A stretch of DNA of 64,000 nt, from contig CAXXFV010000016.1 in NCBI GenBank assembly GCA_963674595.2, positions 288,001 through 352,000 on the forward strand, written 5' to 3'. Numbering within the stretch: position 1 is the stretch's first letter; each line of letters begins with the position of its first letter. Under the pieces are notes generated by a model. The model worked only from the letters and a program-made list of their open reading frames with translations. It searched no databases and was not told the origin of the DNA. The translations under genes were made by a program, and so were the position numbers. Source of the DNA: a bacterium (GTDB taxonomy: Bacteria; Zhuqueibacterota; Zhuqueibacteria; Residuimicrobiales; Krinioviventaceae). This document shows positions 1 to 8,956 of the stretch, in pieces.

Positions 1-167
1 AGAAAAGTTTGGTTTCCGGATTGCCGCTTGTGTAATAATGTCAGTGAAGGGGCGGTTTTGTTGAATAAATTTAACCGTACCTGTATATTTTTCTTGATGC
101 AAATGGATTTGTTTAGTATCATATACCTTAAAAATACCTTGGTGTTATCCTAAAAAAGAGACCTGTT

Positions 168-740
168 TTGATAAAAAAAGTCATTTTGTTTTTTTTCGTT
201 ATCCCCCTTTGTTTTTCCTGTACCCAACAGCCCACTGTTGTTTTGGAAACAGACCAGGGAAGTATTGTCTTAGAGTTGTACCCGGAAAAGGCCCCGGTTA
301 GCGTTGGTAATTTTTTAAAATATCTTGATGAAAAAAGAGCAGAAAAAGCAGAGTTTTTTCGGACCGTGACTTTGGATAATCAACCCAGGGACAGTATAAA
401 AATTGAGGTCGTGCAGGCCAGATTACTAGTCGACAAGGATAAAATGCTTCCGTCGATTCCCCATGAAACAACAGCAGAGACCGGCTTGTTACATAAAGAC
501 GGCACTGTTTCCATGGCCCGAGCTGAACCGGGTACGGCAGCACATCATTTTTTTATCTGTATCAATGATCAACCGCAACTGGATTTTGGCGGTAAAAGAA
601 ATCCCGATGGACAGGGTTTTGCCGCTTTCGGGTGTGTTATAAAAGGAATGGAAGTGGTCCGTAAAATGCATCAGATGCCGGCAGAAGGGCAATATTTAAA
701 AGAGCCTGTTTTGGTTAATTTGTTTAAGGCCGGCCCGTAA
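168..740 (+). CDS. Cyclophilin-type peptidyl-prolyl cis-trans isomerase, probable lipoprotein
   Basis: Cyclophilin motifs LYPEKAPVSVGNF, HKDGTVSMAR, FFICIND..LD, FAAFGCVIKGM; signal peptide with lipobox-like LCFSC. Confidence 0.9.
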   Translation: MIKKVILFFFVIPLCFSCTQQPTVVLETDQGSIVLELYPEKAPVSVGNFLKYLDEKRAEKAEFFRTVTLDNQPRDSIKIEVVQARLLVDKDKMLPSIPHETTAETGLLHKDGTVSMARAEPGTAAHHFFICINDQPQLDFGGKRNPDGQGFAAFGCVIKGMEVVRKMHQMPAEGQYLKEPVLVNLFKAGP

Positions 741-822
741 TATATGACAATCGTTCGTATATATTTGTGATTTGCGACTTTTATTAATATTGAACAGCGA
801 AAATGGAAAAGTTGAGAAGAGT

Positions 823-1947
823 ATGATCCGTGAAATTGAAGCTAAAAAATTACTAACAAAACATAATAAAATAGATTCCTGGTTTCTCAGCCATTATAGT
901 ATGAATATTTACCGGGGATGCGGCCATAATTGTCTTTATTGTGATGGCCGGTCTGAAGAGTATTATGCTGACGGTGAATTTGGTGAAGATATCGTGGTTA
1001 AAGTTAATGCCCCGGAGATATTAAACCGTGAGCTTGATCCGGAGCGCCGCCGTATTCCCTTAAAGAAAAGTTATTTATTGCTTGGCGGAGGCGTTGGAGA
1101 TTGTTATCAGGATGTTGATATAGAGTACCAACTGACCCGGCAAATTCTGGAAATTATTGAAAAATATGAGTGGCCGGTTCATATTTTAACCAAATCAACC
1201 CTTGTTTTACGTGATCTGGATATTATTAAGCGCATTCATGAAAAATCGGGAGCTATTGTAAGTTTTAGTTTTTCATCTGTAAATGAAAATTTGGGTTATA
1301 TTTTTGAATCGGGTGTGCCGACTCCTAAAGAACGTTTAAAAGCAATATCGAAACTGAGAAAGGCAGGCATTCCCTGCGGTATGTTTTTAATGCCGGTTTT
1401 ACCGTTTATTTCCGATACGCCTGGTGAATTAAAAAAGTCTTTAAAAGCAGCCCACAAGGCCGGTGTTGAATTTGTCTTTTTTAGCGGAATGACTTTAAAA
1501 GATGGACCGCAAAAAGATTGCTATTATGAACTTTTAAATGATTTCTTTCCACATCTAATTGCGGAGTATGATGTGATTTATCAGGGGAATAGGTGGGGTG
1601 AAGCTTCCGAGTCTTATTATCGTATGTTGAACCTTGCGTTTTACAATGCCATGAAAAAATTCAAGATTCCGAAACGTATTCCCAGAGAATTATTCCAGGG
1701 TATATTAAATGAAAATGATTATGTGTCCGTACTTTTGGAACATATTGATCATTATTTGACTGTTAAAGGTGAAAAAGCACCCTTTAGTTTTGCGGCGCGA
1801 ACGATTGCTCAATTGGAGGAACCTGTTTCCGAATTTCGCAATAAATTGCAGCGATTGCAGGGCGTGAGTCCGACCGCCGAACAACTGATTCTGGATATTT
1901 TAGACTATGGTACATGTCAGTATTATGAAATGCTCGTAAAAGAATAG
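823..1947 (+). CDS. Radical SAM protein (SplB-like) with C-terminal helix-hairpin-helix/PolX N-terminal-like domain
   Basis: CxxxCxxC motif (CGHNCLYC) in NIYRGC context; ILTKS motif; C-terminal FAARTIAQL..LQGVSPTAEQLILDILDYGTCQYYE; start placed at ATG 823 after a purine-rich RBS (ORF track starts at TTG 772). Confidence 0.8.
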   Translation: MIREIEAKKLLTKHNKIDSWFLSHYSMNIYRGCGHNCLYCDGRSEEYYADGEFGEDIVVKVNAPEILNRELDPERRRIPLKKSYLLLGGGVGDCYQDVDIEYQLTRQILEIIEKYEWPVHILTKSTLVLRDLDIIKRIHEKSGAIVSFSFSSVNENLGYIFESGVPTPKERLKAISKLRKAGIPCGMFLMPVLPFISDTPGELKKSLKAAHKAGVEFVFFSGMTLKDGPQKDCYYELLNDFFPHLIAEYDVIYQGNRWGEASESYYRMLNLAFYNAMKKFKIPKRIPRELFQGILNENDYVSVLLEHIDHYLTVKGEKAPFSFAARTIAQLEEPVSEFRNKLQRLQGVSPTAEQLILDILDYGTCQYYEMLVKE

Positions 1948-1948
1948 G

Positions 1949-3055
1949 CTATAGAACTTGTTTTAATGAACTATAGTTAAATTCATGGGCCGCTTCATAA
2001 AGCGCCAAAATATTTTCCAGCGGGGCATCATAGGGAATGCTGTTTTCCGGACTGATAATTAATCCTCCGTTGTAACCCACTGTTTTGATGCGTGTTTCAA
2101 CCTGACTTTTAACATCCTGAACCGTTCCGTTTGGAATCGTGTCCTGCACACAAATAGTGCCGTGAAATGTTAGTGAATTCCCAAATTTTTGTTTTATTTT
2201 TGCCGGGTCCATACAAGCCGATTGGATTGGATTCAGAATATCTATGCCGCAATCAATAAGCATGGGAATAATTTCTTCAATGTTACCGTCACTATGATAC
2301 AGGATCTTTACATCCGGATTGGCATTTTTAACAGCTTTAATAAGGTTTGTAAAACGCGGTACATCAAATCGTTCAAACATCGGCGCCGAAAACATCATAC
2401 CATTTTGGCCGGCCACATCGCCGACAACGGCGATAATATTATACCCTGCTTGTGCAGCCAGAACAGCTTTTTGCTGTTGAAATAAATAAAGCAGATCATA
2501 GAATTGTTCGACAAATCCCGGATTGATAACCATTTGCATCATTAAATTTTCATATCCGCATATATGCCAGGCCAGTTTAAATGGAAATTCGATTTCAGTA
2601 ATTGTGATATTTTGTTGAAAAGGTTGTAATGTTTTTGTTATTTCATCTGTCGAGGGGTAAATAACCTCCGGCAAATGCCATTCTTCAAGAGACTCTTTGC
2701 CGTTTAACGGTCCGTCTTTCCATTCCACATATTTACGGTCATCGCCGATTCGTCTGATAATTCCCCACTGGTCTTCAAACGTTTGTTTGTCATGAAAAAT
2801 ATACGATTGACCCTGCCCCGGAGCATCACCTTCCAGAATGCCATTGATTTGTTTTTCAAATTGCGGGTACCGGGCCGGTACCGGAATCCAGCGAAAATCT
2901 ATTCCCAGTTTTTGAAAAACAGTCTCAGTATCATCTGTTTTAAAATGTTCTTTCAAGGCCTGGATCGTTTCACTGCGGGGCCAAATCAAATCCAAAGGCA
3001 GCCTGTCCGGTATTTTATGCTCAAGTGTTAATCGAAATCTTTCATGTGGTGTCAA
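1949..3055 (-). CDS. Uroporphyrinogen decarboxylase / MtaA-CmuA methyltransferase family protein
   Basis: MTPHERF..L.H..PDRLP N-terminus, YHSDG, GIDILNP, FHGTI, GGLIISP motifs. Confidence 0.8.
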   Translation of the reverse strand: MTPHERFRLTLEHKIPDRLPLDLIWPRSETIQALKEHFKTDDTETVFQKLGIDFRWIPVPARYPQFEKQINGILEGDAPGQGQSYIFHDKQTFEDQWGIIRRIGDDRKYVEWKDGPLNGKESLEEWHLPEVIYPSTDEITKTLQPFQQNITITEIEFPFKLAWHICGYENLMMQMVINPGFVEQFYDLLYLFQQQKAVLAAQAGYNIIAVVGDVAGQNGMMFSAPMFERFDVPRFTNLIKAVKNANPDVKILYHSDGNIEEIIPMLIDCGIDILNPIQSACMDPAKIKQKFGNSLTFHGTICVQDTIPNGTVQDVKSQVETRIKTVGYNGGLIISPENSIPYDAPLENILALYEAAHEFNYSSLKQVL

Positions 3056-3152
3056 CGTCGTGTTCCTTTATGTTGTTTTTTCAGTTAACAAATATATAAA
3101 ATGTTTCCAGAAAAACAAACTGTTCCTGCATCCGACGCCTTAAAAGTGTAAA

Positions 3153-3506
3153 TTATTTAATTTCCGTATAACTGTCCGGAGCGAATTTTTCCAGCCACAA
3201 GTTATAAAGTGTATCCAGTTCGCTGTCCGGGTCTTTCTTTTTATCTTTTGTATCCAAAACGTCCAGAATTTCAAAGGAAATATTATCTGGTCCAAATTCA
3301 TTATACTGCTTTTGTAATTCCTTACAATGGTGGTTTCCCATACGCAACACGAATTTATATCGATTAAGCAGCGCATTTAAATTTTTGCTTTTACATAAAA
3401 ATATGTGTCCGCTTTTTATGCTTTTTATTTGAACAATACCCATAGGTATGTCGCTGTTTTTATAATCATTTTTTAATTGAGAACGGTCCTGCATATATAA
3501 CTCCAA
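3153..3506 (-). CDS. Small GIY-YIG-like domain protein
   Basis: PMGIVQIK..G.IF, LQKQYNEFG.D...FEILD pattern of the small GIY-YIG-like family; 4 nt downstream of the ArsR gene. Confidence 0.6.
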   Translation of the reverse strand: MELYMQDRSQLKNDYKNSDIPMGIVQIKSIKSGHIFLCKSKNLNALLNRYKFVLRMGNHHCKELQKQYNEFGPDNISFEILDVLDTKDKKKDPDSELDTLYNLWLEKFAPDSYTEIK

Positions 3507-3510
3507 ATAA

Positions 3511-4098
3511 TTAAATTCCGAATGTTAATTTTTCATAATCAAAACTTTTATCTGTCAGCCAATAAATATCTTTTTCGCGTTTCATAAGCCCCAGATCAAT
3601 AAAATAACGTCGTACTGTGCAATAATCCTCGAAATAATTACCAATTGTTTCGTTAATTTGTTTTTCCGTATATTTTTTGTCTTTTTCAAACGCATGATAT
3701 ATTTTTTCAATGACGATCAGCCGTTTTTTATATTGGGCAGGCAGTTTTATCAGTTTCCCGTTTTTGTAAAATGTTTCAAGCACTTTTTCTTTGTATTTAT
3801 CAATTCGTTCCTGCTGCATTAGTTTTTCATAATTTTCAAAGGAAATTAAATTTTGCAGGGACAGGTTAAAGATTGATTTATTAATTTTGTAAATTACATA
3901 ATACTGTTGTTTCTCTTTAATGACCAGGTCTGCCTGTTCCAGTTTTTTTAAATGAAAAGAGACTGTTGACGGCGCAAGGTTTAATATTTGGGACATTTCT
4001 TCAACATAATGCGGTTTTTCTATTAAAACATTGAGTATCATCAACCGGGAGGTGTCGGCCAATGCTTTCATAATCTGAATGCTTTGTTTTATTGTCAT
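3511..4098 (-). CDS. ArsR/SmtB-family HTH regulator fused to DUF2087
   Basis: KALADTSRL.IL, STVSFHLKKL (ArsR); LPAQYKKR, YTEKQIN, EDYCTVRRY (DUF2087). Confidence 0.85.
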   Translation of the reverse strand: MTIKQSIQIMKALADTSRLMILNVLIEKPHYVEEMSQILNLAPSTVSFHLKKLEQADLVIKEKQQYYVIYKINKSIFNLSLQNLISFENYEKLMQQERIDKYKEKVLETFYKNGKLIKLPAQYKKRLIVIEKIYHAFEKDKKYTEKQINETIGNYFEDYCTVRRYFIDLGLMKREKDIYWLTDKSFDYEKLTFGI

Positions 4099-4106
4099 AA
4101 TAACCT

Positions 4107-4188
4107 CATTTGATTCTATTTTTATCGAATTAAATTTACGAATATATTTATTTTATGTCAATCTGTTTTTGCGTTTATCGAATTAAAT
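4107..4188 (-). promoter_or_regulatory. Sigma70-like promoter for the ArsR gene with overlapping operator-like repeats
   Basis: Minus-strand TTGACA (4156-4161), 17-nt spacer, TAAATT (4133-4138); 15-bp direct repeat TTTATCGAATTAAAT at 4121-4135 and 4174-4188; imperfect palindrome ATTTGATTC..GAATTAAAT over about 4107-4135. Confidence 0.6.
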
Positions 4189-4229
4189 CGCAAATTTTTC
4201 ACAAATGAAAAACAAGTTGATAAATTAGC

Positions 4230-4258
4230 TTGACATTTTTGGGTTTAATTTGTACTTT
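4230..4258 (+). promoter_or_regulatory. Sigma70-like promoter of the trp operon
   Basis: TTGACA (4230-4235), 17-nt spacer, TACTTT (4253-4258), just upstream of the leader ORF. Confidence 0.7.
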
Positions 4259-4284
4259 AATCAAAATTTAAAAGTGAGAAAGTA

Positions 4285-4365
4285 ATGAAAAATTTAATTC
4301 CGACAATCTCTTTGCAAAATTGGTGGTGGCGTACAATAAGAAAAGGTGCGTCCCTGTCGGAATAA
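4285..4365 (+). CDS. trpL: trp operon leader peptide, 26 aa (MKNLIPTISLQNWWWRTIRKGASLSE)
   Basis: Three consecutive TGG codons (4321-4329) in a short ORF between the promoter and trpE; too short to appear in the ORF track. Confidence 0.92.
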   Translation: MKNLIPTISLQNWWWRTIRKGASLSE

Positions 4366-4387
4366 TACATATATATTAATAAAGTTT

Positions 4388-4422
4388 AACGCCGTGGATG
4401 CATCGCATTCACGGCGTTTTTT
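4388..4422 (+). terminator. trp attenuator terminator 1
   Basis: AACGCCGTGGATGC-ATC-GCATTCACGGCGTT stem followed by a T run; antiterminator pairing GGTGCGTCC (4345-4353) with GGATGCATC (4396-4404). Confidence 0.85.
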
Positions 4423-4427
4423 ATTTT

Positions 4428-4464
4428 AAGCGCTGTGAAAAAATAGAATCACAGCGCTTTTTTT
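4428..4464 (+). terminator. trp attenuator terminator 2 (tandem)
   Basis: AAGCGCTGTGA..TCACAGCGCTT stem followed by a T run. Confidence 0.8.
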
Positions 4465-4486
4465 GTTTAAACACGTGGAGAACAAG

Positions 4487-5983
4487 ATGACCCTGACTTC
4501 CTATGAAAATTTTTTAAACCAGATTAAAGAGAGTAAAATAGCCGCCGTTAGTACCGATGTTTTAGTTGATATGGAAACACCGGTTTCTACCTTTATCAAG
4601 GTCACCCAGGGTGACTATCGGTTTTTATTGGAAAGTGTTGAAAAAGGTGTGCAACGTGGACGCTATTCAATTATCGGTGATTCGCCGCTCGTGATATTCA
4701 AGGCTAAAAACCATTCAACAGAATTATTTGATGTTGTCAAGCAAACCGTAAAAAAGTTTGATGAAAATCCTTTCGATATTTTACAAACTCTTTTTAAAGA
4801 ATACGCCCATGAATCGCTGGTTGATATTCCGTTTATACACGGCGGTCTTTTTGGCTATTTTGGTTATGATACCATTCGCTATATTGAAAAGCTACCGGAC
4901 ACGACAAAAGATGATGTGCAATTGCCCGACATCCATGCATTTGTGCCCGGGCGTATCATCGTTTTTGATAACCTTGTTAACAAAATATCCGTTATTCGAT
5001 TTGTCATTCCGGGAAATGATCCGAAAAAAGACTACGATGAGGCTTTTAAGGAAATATCCGAAATTTGCAGAACATTAAAATCAGGTCAAATGTCAAATAA
5101 CGGGCATTCCAATCCCGTAAAAAATATTTCCTCAGGTTTTACCTCCAACGTTGAAAAGCAGGATTTTATTGAAATGGTGGAGAAAACCAAAAAATATATT
5201 CAACAGGGCGATATTTTTCAGGGAGTTTTATCACAACGACTTGAGGTTGAAACAGAGGCAGAGCCCTTTAATATTTACCGTGCGTTGCGTGTTATCAACC
5301 CGTCTCCCTATATGTATTATTTGGAAATGGACGATGTCAAGGTAATCGGTTCATCACCGGAAGCGCTTGTAAAACTGACAGACGGCCGTGTTTCCGTAAA
5401 GCCTATTGCCGGCACCCGTAAACGGGGAGCGAATGATGATGAAGATGATGCACTCATTCAGGATTTATTAAATGATCCAAAGGAGCGGGCGGAACATACC
5501 ATGCTGGTTGATCTGGGTCGAAACGACGTCGGACGGGTGGCTGAGTATGGCAGTGTTGCTGTTGAGGATTTTATGACCATTGAAAAATATTCTCATGTTA
5601 TCCATATCGTTTCAACCGTCTCCGGCCAATTAAGGCCAAAACAAAACGCTGTGGATGTTTTTAAAGCTTGTTTTCCGGCTGGTACGGTTTCCGGGGCGCC
5701 CAAAGTGAGAGCCATGGAAATTATCGAAGAACTGGAACCCACACGCCGGGCCATATACTCGGGTGCGGTCGGTTATTTTAATTTTAACGGCGATATGGAC
5801 GTGTGTATTGCTATCCGAACGATTTATTATAAAGACGGTAAGGCTTATTTACAGGCAGGAGCCGGTATTGTAGCCGATTCCGTCCCGGAGAATGAATATG
5901 AAGAAACGCTCAATAAAGCAAGAGGCCTGCTAAGAGCGATTGAATATGCTGAAGGAGGATTGGATGATTTTATTCATAGATAA
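4487..5983 (+). CDS. trpE: Anthranilate synthase component I
   Basis: FLLESVE, GDIFQ.VLSQR, NPSPYM, PIAGTR, KERAEH.MLVDLGRND, FPAGTVSGAPK; ATG 4487 follows a GGAG RBS. Confidence 0.96.
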   Translation: MTLTSYENFLNQIKESKIAAVSTDVLVDMETPVSTFIKVTQGDYRFLLESVEKGVQRGRYSIIGDSPLVIFKAKNHSTELFDVVKQTVKKFDENPFDILQTLFKEYAHESLVDIPFIHGGLFGYFGYDTIRYIEKLPDTTKDDVQLPDIHAFVPGRIIVFDNLVNKISVIRFVIPGNDPKKDYDEAFKEISEICRTLKSGQMSNNGHSNPVKNISSGFTSNVEKQDFIEMVEKTKKYIQQGDIFQGVLSQRLEVETEAEPFNIYRALRVINPSPYMYYLEMDDVKVIGSSPEALVKLTDGRVSVKPIAGTRKRGANDDEDDALIQDLLNDPKERAEHTMLVDLGRNDVGRVAEYGSVAVEDFMTIEKYSHVIHIVSTVSGQLRPKQNAVDVFKACFPAGTVSGAPKVRAMEIIEELEPTRRAIYSGAVGYFNFNGDMDVCIAIRTIYYKDGKAYLQAGAGIVADSVPENEYEETLNKARGLLRAIEYAEGGLDDFIHR

Positions 5984-6527
5984 TTATGATTCTTTTACCT
6001 ATAACCTGGTACAATATACCGGTTCTTTCGGACATGAGGTGCATGTTGTTCGAAATGATTCGGTAACAATAGCGGAAATAGAAAAATTAAATCCGAAAAA
6101 GATCATTGTTTCGCCCGGTCCCGGATACCCTGTTGACGCGGGAATTTCTATGCAGGTTATATCACATTTTAAAGATCGGTGTCCGATCCTGGGTGTATGC
6201 CTGGGGCATCAGTCTATTGCCGAGGTGTTTGGCGGTAAGGTTGTTCCGGCACAAGAACTGGTACACGGGAAAAGCAGTTTGATATTTCACGATGGCAAAT
6301 CTGTCTTTGAAAATATAACAAATCCTTTTACCGGCGGACGTTACCATTCTCTGGTTGTTGAAAAAGATTCTTTACCGGATTGTCTGCAAATAACGGCTGA
6401 AACAAAAGACGGTTTTATAATGGGAATTCGTCATAAGACATTTCCGGTTGAAGGTGTGCAATTTCATCCGGAATCGGTTTTAACGGATGAGGGTTTGAAA
6501 ATAATGCAAAATTTTTTGAATCAATAG
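5964..6527 (+). CDS. trpG: Anthranilate synthase component II (glutamine amidotransferase)
   Basis: IDNYDSFTYNL, SPGPG, GVCLGHQ, RYHSL, QFHPES; ATG 5964 after GGAGG. Confidence 0.95.
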   Translation: MILFIDNYDSFTYNLVQYTGSFGHEVHVVRNDSVTIAEIEKLNPKKIIVSPGPGYPVDAGISMQVISHFKDRCPILGVCLGHQSIAEVFGGKVVPAQELVHGKSSLIFHDGKSVFENITNPFTGGRYHSLVVEKDSLPDCLQITAETKDGFIMGIRHKTFPVEGVQFHPESVLTDEGLKIMQNFLNQ

Positions 6528-6538
6528 ATGAGGTTGTC

Positions 6539-7558
6539 ATGATTACAAAGATATTGGAAAAACTTGGTGATAAACAGGATTTGACGGAAAAAGAGACTAT
6601 TGCTGTTATGCAGTGCATTATGGACGGTCAGCTTTCGTCGGCGCAAATTGCAGCATTTTTAATGGGGTTAAAAATTAAAGGTGAAACCGTGGATGAAATT
6701 GCCGGTTGTGTGCAGGTTATGCGAAGTCGTGCCAAAAGCATTAAAGGTCCTGACTCTGTTATTGATACCTGCGGGACCGGAGGAGATAAATCTTCAACAT
6801 TTAATATTTCTACGGCGTCTGCGCTTGTAGCCGCAGCAACGGGTATTCCAGTGGCCAAACATGGGAACCGTTCTGTATCCAGTTTGTGCGGCAGCGCCGA
6901 TGTTTTACTGGAACTGGGTGTAAAAATTGATTTGACTCCTGAACAGACCGAGAAATGTTTGCGTGAAACCGGTATTGCCTTTTTGTTTGCACCGGTTTAT
7001 CATACTTCCATGAAATATGCTGCCGAACCACGAAGAGACATGGGTGTTCGAACAGTTTTTAATATTTTGGGTCCCATGTCCAATCCCGCCGGTGCTAAAC
7101 GACAGATCATTGGTACTTTTAATTTACAAACAGCGGAAAAAATGTCCCAGGTTTTGCAAAAAACCGGCAGTGAACATGTTTTAATCGTTCACAGCAAAGA
7201 TGGTTTGGATGAAATCTCTCTGTCGGACGAAACAACTGTTTTTGAAATGAAAGGGGATTCCATCGACAGGTTTCAATTTGCACCGGAAGATGTTGGTGTA
7301 AAAAGACAATCACTTGATCAAATAAAAGGAAACAATGCAGCCGATAACGCTTCAATTATAGAGATGATGTTGAAAGGTGAAAAAGGAGCCTATGCGGATG
7401 TAACGGCGCTTAATGCCGGTGCTGCGATTTATATAGGCAAAAAAGCGGAATCGATCAAACAGGGAGTTGATATGGCTTTTGACACCATTTATTCAGGTAA
7501 GGCATTGGAAAAATTTGCTAGTTTGCGGGAATTTACGCAGACTGTCGGACAATGTTAG
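6539..7558 (+). CDS. trpD: Anthranilate phosphoribosyltransferase
   Basis: DTCGTGGD, FNIST, KHGNRSVSS..GSAD. Confidence 0.96.
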   Translation: MITKILEKLGDKQDLTEKETIAVMQCIMDGQLSSAQIAAFLMGLKIKGETVDEIAGCVQVMRSRAKSIKGPDSVIDTCGTGGDKSSTFNISTASALVAAATGIPVAKHGNRSVSSLCGSADVLLELGVKIDLTPEQTEKCLRETGIAFLFAPVYHTSMKYAAEPRRDMGVRTVFNILGPMSNPAGAKRQIIGTFNLQTAEKMSQVLQKTGSEHVLIVHSKDGLDEISLSDETTVFEMKGDSIDRFQFAPEDVGVKRQSLDQIKGNNAADNASIIEMMLKGEKGAYADVTALNAGAAIYIGKKAESIKQGVDMAFDTIYSGKALEKFASLREFTQTVGQC

Positions 7559-7568
7559 GGGATGTTGC

Positions 7569-8363
7569 ATGACTATTTTGGATAAAATTACAAAACAAAT
7601 TGCAGAGAATTTACCGGACCGTAAAAAATCCTTACCTGTTGCCAGGCTCCAAAGTGAAGCGGAGCAGGTTGTTAAAGATAAAAAACCGAACCGTTTTTCT
7701 CAGGCATTACTGGCCGCAGATATGGCAATTATTGCTGAGGTAAAAAAGGCTTCACCCAGCAAAGGCATTATTTGTCCTGATTTTGATCCTGTCAGCATTG
7801 CCCAGGAATATCATAAAGCCGCAGTGAATGCCATATCCGTTTTAACAGAAGAAAATTTTTTTCTGGGTCGCCTGGATTATTTAAAGCAAATCTCGGAAAT
7901 TACAAACCTGCCGTTATTACGAAAAGATTTTATTATTGATGAATATCAGATATATGAGGCCGCATATTACGGGGCTTCGGCGCTTTTATTGATTACGTCT
8001 GTTTTGTCGGATGCTCAGCTAAAAGATTTCCGGATTTTGTGTGATGAGTTGAACCTGGATGCCCTGGTGGAAGTGCATGATTTAAGTGAGGTTGAAAAAG
8101 CATCAAGGTCTGGTGCAAAAATAATCGGCATTAATAATCGTAATCTGAAAACATTTACTGTGGATTTAAATACGAGTTTGAAATATGTATCGGAAATTCC
8201 GGAATCTGTTGTTAAGGTCAGTGAAAGCGGTATTTTTTCTGCTCAGGACATTGCCCTTTTAAAAAATGCCGGTTTTAATGCTGTTTTAATAGGTGAAAGT
8301 TTGATGCGTAAAAAAGACAGAGCTGCCTTTGTTAACGAATTAAGGGGTAATGTATGTGGATAA
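7569..8363 (+). CDS. trpC: Indole-3-glycerol phosphate synthase
   Basis: IAEVKKASPSKG, LRKDF, GINNRNL, SESGI; start MTILDKI at 7569. Confidence 0.95.
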   Translation: MTILDKITKQIAENLPDRKKSLPVARLQSEAEQVVKDKKPNRFSQALLAADMAIIAEVKKASPSKGIICPDFDPVSIAQEYHKAAVNAISVLTEENFFLGRLDYLKQISEITNLPLLRKDFIIDEYQIYEAAYYGASALLLITSVLSDAQLKDFRILCDELNLDALVEVHDLSEVEKASRSGAKIIGINNRNLKTFTVDLNTSLKYVSEIPESVVKVSESGIFSAQDIALLKNAGFNAVLIGESLMRKKDRAAFVNELRGNVCG

Positions 8364-8956
8364 AAATGTGCGGTATAACCCGGTTGGAGGATGCAAAGTT
8401 GGCTGTTGATATGGGTGCAGATTGTATCGGATTTATTTTTGCGCCCAGTCCCCGGCAAATAACCCCCGAAAAAGCATGTTCCATATCAATGCGAATTGGA
8501 AATATTAAAAAAGCAGGTGTTTTTGTGAACGAGGACCCAACTGCTGTAAAAAATATTCGTAATTTTTGTGAACTTGATATTGTTCAGCTACATGGAAACG
8601 AGTCCCCAGAATATTGTCAGGCAATTGGCGGGAAAATTATCAAAGCTATTCGTGTTAAAGAGAAACAGACATTGGAAAATATGCAATACCCGGGTGTCTG
8701 GAAAATACTGTTGGATACATATCACCCGAAACAGGCTGGTGGCACGGGAAAACGGATTGATGCGGATTTGCTTTCAGAAATTAATGATTTTTCACAAATA
8801 ATTATGGCCGGCGGCATTAATGCGGATAATGTTTTGGAGGTGATTGGAAAATATCAACCATTTGGAATCGATGTAAATTCCGGTGTTGAAAGCGCACCCG
8901 GAATTAAAGATAAAAATAAGGTGATGGAACTTTATAACAATTTGAGGAAAAAATGA
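8354..8956 (+). CDS. trpF: Phosphoribosylanthranilate isomerase
   Basis: IKMCGIT, VQLHG.E, GGTG, AGGI, D.NSGVE. Confidence 0.95.
   Translation: MWIKMCGITRLEDAKLAVDMGADCIGFIFAPSPRQITPEKACSISMRIGNIKKAGVFVNEDPTAVKNIRNFCELDIVQLHGNESPEYCQAIGGKIIKAIRVKEKQTLENMQYPGVWKILLDTYHPKQAGGTGKRIDADLLSEINDFSQIIMAGGINADNVLEVIGKYQPFGIDVNSGVESAPGIKDKNKVMELYNNLRKK

Noticed and set aside
7467-7568. Long N-terminal extension of TrpC in the ORF track
   Set aside because: Overlaps trpD; the conserved start MTILDKI is at 7569
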